This document shows positions 10,344 through 19,620 of a stretch of 64,000 nucleotides of DNA, piece after piece (the first letter of the stretch is position 1; every line of letters starts with the position of its first letter). The position numbers and the translations under genes are program-made. Source of the stretch: an uncultured Clostridia bacterium (GTDB lineage Bacteria; Bacillota; Clostridia; Christensenellales; UBA1242); assembly GCA_944381175.1 (NCBI GenBank), contig CALWKD010000004.1, forward strand, positions 76,939-140,938, given 5' to 3'. Under the pieces are notes generated by a model, which saw only the letters and a list, made by a program, of their open reading frames with translations, did not search any database and had not been told where the DNA came from.

Positions 10344-10877
10344 ATGAGCGAATACACAATTGAGAAAAAAGACGGAAAACTTACTATAAAAAAAGACAAC
10401 AAAGAGATTTTGGGAAGATTTAAATCAATCACTCCAGACCCAGAATTTGAGGGATATTATTTGGGTGTGGTTGCTGGGAGGAAAAAATACCAAGTGATTT
10501 TTTCACGCATGGGAGAGTTTTTGCACGCCTTTGAAAAGAAAGAGAAAAATGCTGGAGTGTCAAAATTGATTGACGAGATTTTGGGCTCTGAAAATATTGT
10601 TGAGAGTATGCAAAGCGTCAAATCAAAGACTTTTTGGACGGACGAAAATGTTGTCAGGGCGTTTAGGACCAGACACGCAAATCGTTTCAAGGCGGAGAGT
10701 GTTGGCAAAAGCAAAGTTGACTGCAAGAGAGGAGAAGTTTTGTATAATCTTGAAAAAAACTGCATTGAAAAGTTTTTGGCAAAGCAAAACAATGTTTCTT
10801 TAAAGAATGCTATCAAATGCCAAAAATCTTCCAATCAATCTTCTGGAAAGTCCACAACTGCAGGAAGTGGCAAATAA
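10344..10877 (+). CDS. Hypothetical protein (177 aa, Lys-rich, Ser/Gly-rich tail)
   Basis: ORF with RBS AGGAGAGG 6 nt upstream. I recognise no motif. Confidence 0.5.
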   Translation: MSEYTIEKKDGKLTIKKDNKEILGRFKSITPDPEFEGYYLGVVAGRKKYQVIFSRMGEFLHAFEKKEKNAGVSKLIDEILGSENIVESMQSVKSKTFWTDENVVRAFRTRHANRFKAESVGKSKVDCKRGEVLYNLEKNCIEKFLAKQNNVSLKNAIKCQKSSNQSSGKSTTAGSGK

Positions 10878-10970
10878 GAGAGTGCTTTGGCACTTTTTTT
10901 GTTGGGTTTTGCTTGCGTTTGCAGGCATTTTTTGTTATAATTTTCTTGGTTTATATCTATTGGAGAGGTT

Positions 10971-11753
10971 ATGGCAGAAATTGAAGTTGTTGAGAATGAG
11001 CAGAAAGAAGAAAGCAAGGATATGCTTTTGTCTTCTGGCGCCTACAGATTCAAACTCGACAACTTTGAAGGACCGCTTGATTTGCTTTTGCACCTTATCA
11101 AAGACGCAAAACTTGACATTGCGACTGTCAGACTTGCGGAGATAACTGGACAATATTTGGACTATATGCAGGACATCAAAAGCGTGGATATGGACAAAGC
11201 AAGTGAGTTTATCACGGTGGCTGCCACACTGATTGAGATTAAGTCAAAGAGCGTGCTTCCTGTCGAAAAGGAGGAAGAGCCTGACGAAGAAAGCGATGAA
11301 GAGATGCTCAGGAGGAAGTTGCAGGAGTATGCACTTTTCAAGGAGACCAGCAAAAAACTTAAGGACATTGAGGATGTAAACAAACTTTATCGTGCACCAG
11401 GCAAGGAGACGGAGAAGGTTAAAGTCGTCATCAAGGATATGGTGCTTGACCAACTGCTTGACGCTTTTGCAAAACTTTTGACCAGAGAGGAACTTAAAAA
11501 AGCAGTTCAAAATGAACAACCAAAGAAAATTGTCAAAGATCGATTTACTGTGGCAGAAAAAATCATCGCCATAAGAAATTTCGCAAAAGAGAGAAAGCGT
11601 TTTGAATTTGAGGAACTTTTTGACGAAGATATGACAAAGAGCGAACTTATAAACACTTTCCTCGCACTTTTGGAACTTCTGAAATTGCAAACGGTGAAGG
11701 TTGTGCAAAACGGCACATTTGGGAATATTGTCATAACGGCAAACGAGGTGTGA
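10971..11753 (+). CDS. scpA: Segregation and condensation protein A (kleisin)
   Basis: FKLDNFEGPLDLLLHLIKDAKLDI signature. Directly followed by scpB. Confidence 0.93.
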   Translation: MAEIEVVENEQKEESKDMLLSSGAYRFKLDNFEGPLDLLLHLIKDAKLDIATVRLAEITGQYLDYMQDIKSVDMDKASEFITVAATLIEIKSKSVLPVEKEEEPDEESDEEMLRRKLQEYALFKETSKKLKDIEDVNKLYRAPGKETEKVKVVIKDMVLDQLLDAFAKLLTREELKKAVQNEQPKKIVKDRFTVAEKIIAIRNFAKERKRFEFEELFDEDMTKSELINTFLALLELLKLQTVKVVQNGTFGNIVITANEV

Positions 11754-11754
11754 T

Positions 11755-12426
11755 ATGAATGTTGAAAACAAGAAAAACTTGGACGAGATAATCTTTTCTG
11801 TGCTTTTCGTCGCTGGAGAGGGCGTCGAGAAGTCTTTCATCGCGGAAAAACTCAACTTGACAGAGGAAGAAGTTGAAAAGACGATTCAGTCACTCAAAAA
11901 GAAATATTCGGGCGACGCTGGCGTGCATATAATCACTTACAAAAACAAAGTCCAACTTGCATCAAATCCCGCTTATGCAGATTACATCGGCGAGGTGTTG
12001 AATCCTATCAGAGAGAAAACTCTCACAAGAGCAGCACTTGAAACTCTTGCAATCATCGCCTACAAACAGCCTATCACAAAACTCGAAATCGAAGAGATAA
12101 GAGGGGTCAACAACTGCGATTATGCCATTCAGATTTTGGTCGACCAAGGGGTTATTGAGGTGGTCGGAAGAAAGGACGCGGTCGGCAAGCCACTTCTCTT
12201 CGGCACAACCGACGGCTTTTTGAAGAGGTTCAACCTTCAAGATTTGGCGGAACTTCCAGATTATGAGGGGCTTCTTGAGAGAATTAAGGTCATTGAAACA
12301 GGGGATGACCAGCAAAAGAGCGACAGCCTTTACAACGAATTTAAACTTCCTGATGAAGAGGAAATTCCAGACTTTTTGAAAGATGAAGAGGGTGTCAAAC
12401 AAATCAAAGGCGACGACATTGCGTAA
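11755..12426 (+). CDS. scpB: Segregation and condensation protein B
   Basis: LFVAGEGV..., TRAALETLAIIAYKQPITKLEIEEIRGV, winged-helix repeats. Acidic C-terminal tail. Confidence 0.93.
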   Translation: MNVENKKNLDEIIFSVLFVAGEGVEKSFIAEKLNLTEEEVEKTIQSLKKKYSGDAGVHIITYKNKVQLASNPAYADYIGEVLNPIREKTLTRAALETLAIIAYKQPITKLEIEEIRGVNNCDYAIQILVDQGVIEVVGRKDAVGKPLLFGTTDGFLKRFNLQDLAELPDYEGLLERIKVIETGDDQQKSDSLYNEFKLPDEEEIPDFLKDEEGVKQIKGDDIA

Positions 12427-12454
12427 TGGTGCAAGATTTTGTTAGATTTCAAAC

Positions 12455-12490
12455 AAAAAAGATATTGCAAATTGAGGTGATATCTTTTTT
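12455..12490 (+). terminator. Rho-independent terminator after scpB
   Basis: AAAAAGATAT / ATATCTTTTT stem with a 14-nt loop and a T-run. Confidence 0.55.
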
Positions 12491-12715
12491 TATTTTTCTT
12501 GTTTTAAAGACTGAAAACCTTTTCGTGTTTTATTTCTGTTTTTGAATTTTTGGAGAGAGTTGTTTCATATCATATCTTATGGACAAGCAAAAATCTTATG
12601 GTGAAAACTATCAGCAGGTGCATCTCAAACACACTCGCTCCGTCAAGTTTTGGCTCGTTACAGGTGGTGTTTGCTCTTTGACCTTGGTTTGCTTGGTCGT
12701 TTTGGGGCTTGTTTT

Positions 12716-13546
12716 ATGAAAAAGTTTAGCATAAATCCCGTTGCTCTCGTCGTGTGGCTTTGGCTGGTGATTATGAATGGTTTTGTTGTTGCAACAAACT
12801 ACATCTTTGCAATCACTATTCACGAACTAGGTCACTTCATTACGGCAAAAAAATTGGGCTACAAACTCTCAAAATTTTCGCTCTCTCCTTATGGCGTGGA
12901 ACTTTCTTATTTTGGACAAAGCATAAATTACAGAGACGAACTTCTCATTGCTTTCGCTGGGCCAGCAGTGAATTTTGTTTCAGTGTTTTTTGTTTTGGGG
13001 CTTTGGTGGATTATGCCGACAATATATTTTTTCACGGAGAGTTTTGTCAGCATAAGTCTGCTTATTGCGCTCGTGAATTTGCTTCCAGCATATCCTCTTG
13101 ATGGCGGAAGAATTTTCGTGTCGGCAAGTTCTCACTTCGTCAAAGATCGAACGGCAAAAAAGATAACCTATTTTGCAAATCTCTTTTTAGGCATTTTTTT
13201 CTTTGTGATGTTTGTCGTTTTTTTGTTTATAAATTTCAATCCGAGTCTACTTTTGTTTTCACTTTTCCTCTTTGCTGGAATATTAGATTTGAGGTTTTCA
13301 TCGAGATTTGAAAAGATAAATATATTTGCAAAAAATATGAAAAATTTCACAAAACCAAACATCTATTGTGTGAGTCCTGACACAAGACTTTGCGAACTTC
13401 TGTCGAGACTTCAAACCTCAAAAACAATTATTTTTTGTGTAATTTTTGAAAACGGGAAAACTGTCAATTTAAGCGAAAAAATGGTGATTAATTTATCTTT
13501 AAATTATCCATACGAAACAAAATTGAATGAAATATTTAATTATTAA
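12716..13546 (+). CDS. spoIVFB: M50 site-2 metalloprotease with C-terminal CBS-like domain, SpoIVFB-like (pro-sigma-K processing type)
   Basis: HELGH (HExxH) in a TM helix. NLLPAYPLDGGR (NxxPxxxLDG). Six TM segments. C-terminal ~70 aa are CBS-like. ATG at 12716 preferred over the upstream track start. Confidence 0.7.
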   Translation: MKKFSINPVALVVWLWLVIMNGFVVATNYIFAITIHELGHFITAKKLGYKLSKFSLSPYGVELSYFGQSINYRDELLIAFAGPAVNFVSVFFVLGLWWIMPTIYFFTESFVSISLLIALVNLLPAYPLDGGRIFVSASSHFVKDRTAKKITYFANLFLGIFFFVMFVVFLFINFNPSLLLFSLFLFAGILDLRFSSRFEKINIFAKNMKNFTKPNIYCVSPDTRLCELLSRLQTSKTIIFCVIFENGKTVNLSEKMVINLSLNYPYETKLNEIFNY

Positions 13547-13617
13547 AAAAATACGAATTTATTTTTTTTGAAAATAATTTTCCATTCGTATTTTCCGTAT
13601 TTTAAAATATTTTTGAT

Positions 13618-14073
13618 TTATTTGTTTTCTTTTACCAAAAATGGAATAAGTCTGTCAATATTTTCTCTTTCAAAATGATATAATTTATCCATAATTTCAT
13701 CCAATTCTTTTGAGATGTCTTTGTGGTCGGCTTTGTCTTTTATGCATGTGAGGATGCCCATAAATGTGCCAAGAAGCATCATCTCTGCGATGTTTCTTGT
13801 GCTTTTGTCCATCATTGTACCCATATTGACACTTGTCCAAAGTCTTGCTTTTTCAATCCAGTTGTTGTCCTTCAAGTCCTCAATTCGCTCCGCTTTGGCA
13901 AAGTTTTCACATTCTTTCGCAAGGCAAGAATATTCATCTTGTTCTTTTGAAAGTTCGCTTATCAAGTCGTTGTCCTGCACTTTGAGGATGATGTCTCCAA
14001 TTGACTGAATTGCCGTTTTTGTGTTTTGGTAAATTGCGTTGAGATATTTTGTTAGTGATTCTTTTTCGTCCAT
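13618..14073 (-). CDS. Hypothetical all-helical protein (151 aa)
   Basis: ATG (CAT 14071-14073) preceded by RBS AAGGAGAA. Heptad-like helical sequence. Divergently transcribed from the cyclase-like gene. Confidence 0.55.
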   Translation of the reverse strand: MDEKESLTKYLNAIYQNTKTAIQSIGDIILKVQDNDLISELSKEQDEYSCLAKECENFAKAERIEDLKDNNWIEKARLWTSVNMGTMMDKSTRNIAEMMLLGTFMGILTCIKDKADHKDISKELDEIMDKLYHFERENIDRLIPFLVKENK

Positions 14074-14195
14074 AATTTTCTCCTTGATTATATTGTGGAC
14101 AGATAAAATTTTTATATTCAGTTTTTTGACAATATTCGCTCTTTTTCGCATTTTCAAAAATGAATACATCTTGAATTGTTTCTCAAAATAGGAGT

Positions 14196-15611
14196 ATGAA
14201 AACTTCAACAAAAATTCTGACAATTTTGGCTGTTGCCACAGTCGTTCCGACTATCTTTCTTTTTAAGTATCTTTTGGATGCAATCGTTCCAACAGGGACT
14301 TCGTTTGTGGTGAGTATGACGCCACTAGGTTGGGTTGCACTTGCATTTTTGGTCGCGTCGACAATTTTTGTCGGAATTTTGTTTTTTAAACTTGTTCAAA
14401 AGCAGAGATTGGCAAGTGCACTTTTTTTGACGATTGTTCCTTTGACGCTTGTTTACGGAGTCTTTGTGGCATATGTTTCTTCCATAAACGAAATGACGGA
14501 CATCACCGCTCAATCTATCAAAACAATGATGAAAATTTCTCCGGGCGAACAGTCGCAAAGTGCAATGCTTTGGGTTGGACTTGCAACTGTGGTCTATCTT
14601 CTTCTTTTGTTTGTCATCATAATTTCTTTATGCAGTCCTTTGACCAAAGTGGAAAAGGTGACGAAAAATCTTGGCGATGGCAGACTTAAATCTGATGACT
14701 TCAAAGTGGGAGGAGTCAAGCAATTTAAGGAGATTGAAAATTCACTCAACAAAATCAACTTCCAATACAAGCAAAAAGAAAACAAACTCAAGCAAACTGA
14801 CCTACAAAAACAGAAAAATCTTTCAAAGCAGTTTTTCAGATTTCTTGGTGAAGAGGGACTGGCGGAATTGGAACTTGGAAAACACGTCAAAAAGACTGCG
14901 ACCTTGCTGTTGTGCGATTTGGAGTGTGAGAAGGCGAAAAACAAGACACTCAGCCTCGAAGAAAATTTCAATTATATAAATTCCTATTTGAAAGTGGTGT
15001 ATCCGATTATAAAAAGGTTTAACGGCTTTGTTGACAAATTTCTTGGCGACGGCGTTTTGGCAGTTTTTTCAGAACCTCAAGAGGCCATTCTTTGTGCACA
15101 CGCACTTGTCAAGGCGATTGAAGTCAAAAACAAAGGGCAGAAGGAACTCTTGCCAATTGAGGCAAAGATTGTTGTGGACACGAGCGAGGTGGTTTTTGGA
15201 ATAGTTGGTGAGGACGATAAAAAAGAGCCACAAATCATAAGCGAGGTCTTGGACAATTTGAAAAAGATGCAGGAGACAAATGCTTACATCGGCACGAAAA
15301 TGTTGGTCTCAAAGCAGGCGTTGAACAGCCTTCCGCAAAATTTTGAATTTGATTACAGATACACGGGCGTTTTGGAAGTCGATGACAAAAAAATACCTCT
15401 TTATGAGAGTTTGGAGACATTTGGCAAGAGGAAGAAAGAGAAGATTTTGAAGTTGAAAAACAATTTTGAGGCGGGAGTTCGTGCTTACAATCAAAAGAAG
15501 TTTAAGCAAGCGAAACAGGAATTTGAGAGCGTGTTGCATTATATGCCAGATGACACGCCTGCTTATGTCTATTTCAACAAAACTCTTGAAAAACTTAAGG
15601 AAAGTGCGTGA
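14196..15611 (+). CDS. Membrane-anchored class III nucleotidyl cyclase-like protein with C-terminal TPR-like helix pair
   Basis: Four N-terminal TM helices and a coiled linker. Cyclase-homology blocks LLLCDLECEK (FxDxxGFT position, Asp kept), KFLGDGVLAVF (second metal Asp kept), GIVGE, EVLDNLKKMQE (N kept, Arg position not obvious). Confidence 0.65.
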   Translation: MKTSTKILTILAVATVVPTIFLFKYLLDAIVPTGTSFVVSMTPLGWVALAFLVASTIFVGILFFKLVQKQRLASALFLTIVPLTLVYGVFVAYVSSINEMTDITAQSIKTMMKISPGEQSQSAMLWVGLATVVYLLLLFVIIISLCSPLTKVEKVTKNLGDGRLKSDDFKVGGVKQFKEIENSLNKINFQYKQKENKLKQTDLQKQKNLSKQFFRFLGEEGLAELELGKHVKKTATLLLCDLECEKAKNKTLSLEENFNYINSYLKVVYPIIKRFNGFVDKFLGDGVLAVFSEPQEAILCAHALVKAIEVKNKGQKELLPIEAKIVVDTSEVVFGIVGEDDKKEPQIISEVLDNLKKMQETNAYIGTKMLVSKQALNSLPQNFEFDYRYTGVLEVDDKKIPLYESLETFGKRKKEKILKLKNNFEAGVRAYNQKKFKQAKQEFESVLHYMPDDTPAYVYFNKTLEKLKESA

Positions 15612-15673
15612 GAGGCTTAAACATATCAAAGTTTCTTGACAAAATGTGAGTTTTTCTTTAAAATAAAGACGAA

Positions 15674-17232
<1,559 letters not shown>

Positions 17233-17286
17233 AAAAGGTGAGCGAGGGATTGTCTTTTATTTTTTGTTTCAAATTTGAACCGATTT

Positions 17287-18009
17287 TTAAATTCTTTTTA
17301 CTTCACCTTTTGAGATTTTGTAGCATTTTCCGTATAATTTTTTGTTTCCTTCGTCATCAACCAAAAGATATGAGCCGTTTGGGATGCCTAGAAAATCTTT
17401 TTCGTTTGACATAGGCAAAATGTAATCGTTCACAATATCAATTTCATCAAGGGGTATTTGATAGGTTTTTGTTTTTCCGTCAAAGTGCGGAATGATGATT
17501 TCATCGCAAAATCCCAAGCCCTCAAACCACCTTGGCTCATCAAGGTCGGCAAGTTCTTCTGGAAAATTTGCAACCGTCTCACATAAATTCATTGCTCCAG
17601 CAGAAGTTCCAATCACGATGCCTTTAAAGTTTTTTAAGATGTTTTTGAGATTTATTTCCTTGAAGAAATTTTGTTGACATAAGCATTTGCCACCACTAAG
17701 GATGATTATATCTGCATTTTCCAAAATTTCTTTTGCGTTTGATTTGTTTCGACTGTCAAGCACAATCTTTTCTTTGAAAGGTTCTTTTTTGAAGGTTAAA
17801 TCAAAACTTTTGAAAACAAGAGCGGAGCGGGTGTCATTTTCGATTGTGTTGTTTGGGTCATTGCAAACCCACACGAGTCGATTTTTTGCTTTTAAATTCT
17901 TTTTAAGGTTAGTCAAAATTTTGTTTTTGTTTTTGATTTTGGTTGGAGTTCTGCTTCCGTCTTCATTGTGTCGGTGAGTGACAAGACGGCTTGTCAAGAT
18001 AAATGTCAT
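17287..18009 (-). CDS. Peptidase S51 (dipeptidase E-like) family protein
   Basis: ILSGG...; nucleophile elbow IGTSAGAM; IIPHFD. ATG (CAT 18007-18009) with RBS AAAGGAGGAA. Confidence 0.7.
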   Translation of the reverse strand: MTFILTSRLVTHRHNEDGSRTPTKIKNKNKILTNLKKNLKAKNRLVWVCNDPNNTIENDTRSALVFKSFDLTFKKEPFKEKIVLDSRNKSNAKEILENADIIILSGGKCLCQQNFFKEINLKNILKNFKGIVIGTSAGAMNLCETVANFPEELADLDEPRWFEGLGFCDEIIIPHFDGKTKTYQIPLDEIDIVNDYILPMSNEKDFLGIPNGSYLLVDDEGNKKLYGKCYKISKGEVKRI

Positions 18010-18061
18010 AATTCCTCCTTTCAATCAAAAAACAAAATATTAAATTTTTGATAAAAATAGT

Positions 18062-18151
18062 TGGCGCAGAGAAGGAGATTCGAACTCCTGGTGCGATTTC
18101 TCGCACACAGCCTTTCCAGGGCTGCACCTTAAACCACTCGGACATCTCTGC
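18062..18151 (-). tRNA. tRNA-Ser (anticodon GGA), type II, CCA encoded
   Basis: Hand-folded. Acceptor GCAGAGA/TCTCTGC. Anticodon arm CAGCC-CTGGAAA-GGCTG. Long variable arm GTGCGA-GAAA-TCGCAC. T-arm AGGAG-TTCGAAT-CTCCT. Discriminator G + CCA. Confidence 0.9.
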
Positions 18152-18568
18152 ATTTGTCGCAAACTGCATTTAGATTTGGTTTGAATTTAAAATTATTTGC
18201 CACCAAAAACCAATAAGAGCGGTTTAAGGTGCATTTGGGGTCCCCAAAAATTTTTAATTTTAGGGGAGAAGAGAGAAACAAGCGTTAGGGCGAAACTTTC
18301 AAACCTTTGAAAGTGAGCAAAAAGCGAAGTTTCGAACGCAAACCACTCGGACATCTCTGCATTTGTCGCAAACTGCATTAGATTGGGTTTGAATTTAAAA
18401 TTATTTGCCACCAAAAACCAATAAGAGTGGTTTAAGGTGCATTTGGGGTTCCCAAAAATTTTTAATTTTAGGGGAGAAGAGAGAAACAAGCGTTAGGGCG
18501 AAACTTTCAAACCTTTGAAAGTGAGCAAAAAGCGAAGTTTCGAACGCAAACCACTCGGACATCTCTGC
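18131..18568 (-). repeat. Tandem 209/208-bp repeat: three copies of tRNA-Ser nt 1-21 separated by two ~188-nt inserts (X)
   Basis: The 21-mer aaaccactcggacatctctgc occurs at 18131-18151, 18340-18360 and 18548-18568. X copies at 18152-18339 and 18361-18547 differ by only a few substitutions/indels. Confidence 0.95.
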
Positions 18569-18576
18569 ATAGGTTT

Positions 18577-18672
18577 GGGAAGCACCAACTCCGTTTAACG
18601 CGGGCACGATTTACGAAATGTAAATCTAACCGCTACTGCGTTGGTTCTCCTCCAAGTCTCTCTCCATTAAGG
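18577..18672 (-). other. Structured module homologous to the P12 arm of the RNase P RNA in this window
   Basis: Minus strand reads CCTTAATGGAGAGAG...GCGGTTAG-hairpin-CCGCGTTAAACGGAGTTGGTGCTTCCC. The 27-nt 3' block matches rnpB 39968-39994 with one compensated mismatch. Confidence 0.7.
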
Positions 18673-18868
18673 TGAGATGACTCAAAGGTTTTTCATAACG
18701 CGCCGCGCAAATTGAAGTTTGCTCATCGCAAGCGCTCGGGGAGCGTTTGTTTGCTCCGCCTCACGACCAAGCGAAAATCTCGAATACCCTCGATTTTGTC
18801 GTGACTTGAAGTTGTATTTTTTTATATTTCCTCCAAGTCTCTCTCCATTAAGGTGAGATGAATCAAAG
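18649..18868. repeat. 39-nt direct repeat pair (18649-18687 and 18830-18868)
   Basis: cctccaagtctctctccattaaggtgagatga[c/a]tcaaag occurs twice, 181 bp apart. The first copy is the 5' part of the P12-like module (minus sense). Confidence 0.9.
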
Positions 18869-19042
18869 TTTTTTTCGTTATGTTCACTTCCAAAGCATAT
18901 TAAAGATACCACAAATGAAAAAGTTTTGCAAGCGATTTTTAGTTTAAACCTTTTCAGTTTTTAGACAATAGTATATTTTGTTGACACAATCTCCTTTTGT
19001 GTGCTATTATACCTACAAATGAGGAAAAATGGAGACAAAAGT

Positions 19043-19606
19043 ATGGCAAAAGAAGATTTGAGGGTTATCAGAACAAGGAAATTGCTTTCTAAGGCATTGA
19101 AAGATTTGTTGCAAGAAAAATCGTTTGACAAAATTACAGTCAATGACATCTGTGACAAGGCAATGGTGCATAGGGCGACTTTTTACAACCATTTTATTGA
19201 TAAAATTGATTTATTGGACTATGTTTTTGACGAAATGCAGAACGAAATTTATCAAAATGTTGTGAAATTGACCGATTTCAACTCATCAAAAGAGATGTAT
19301 ATTGCAATTTTAAGCAAAATTATTGATTATGTTGATCAGCATAGAAAAGAGATTAAACTTATTTTGAAAAACAGCACAAAGGAATTTCAGACAATTTTGT
19401 TTGACGCGATTCGCAGAGGAATTTCTTATTTGGTGGCAAAGTGCAACGACAGCAGTCCTTATGAGGACATCCTTGATGAAATTGTAAGTTTTTTCACTGG
19501 CGGGTTTTCAAGGTTGTGCATTGAACTTATTTTGTCTGATAAACCAATCAAGAAGGATATGATTATGGCTTATTTGGAAAGCATTTTGAATGTGACGATT
19601 TTATAA
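19043..19606 (+). CDS. TetR/AcrR family transcriptional regulator
   Basis: N-terminal HTH TRKLLSKALKDLLQEKSFDKITVNDICDKAMVHRATFYNHF. RBS GGAGA before ATG 19043. TTGACA-18-TATTAT promoter at 18981-19010. Confidence 0.9.
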   Translation: MAKEDLRVIRTRKLLSKALKDLLQEKSFDKITVNDICDKAMVHRATFYNHFIDKIDLLDYVFDEMQNEIYQNVVKLTDFNSSKEMYIAILSKIIDYVDQHRKEIKLILKNSTKEFQTILFDAIRRGISYLVAKCNDSSPYEDILDEIVSFFTGGFSRLCIELILSDKPIKKDMIMAYLESILNVTIL

Positions 19607-19620
19607 AATTTGGAGAAAGT

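Noticed and set aside
18131-18568. Possible CRISPR array, because of regularly spaced identical 21-mers
   Set aside because: The intervening 187/188-nt segments are copies of each other rather than unique spacers. The period of about 209 bp is far too long, the repeat is a tRNA fragment, and there are no cas genes in the window.
18193-18607. Track ORFs of 98 aa and 68 aa (and 17963-18169, 68 aa) on the minus strand
   Set aside because: They are read-through translations of the tandem repeat and of the tRNA gene itself (shared peptide AEMSEWF comes from the tRNA 5' fragment). They have no RBS and no coding-like composition.
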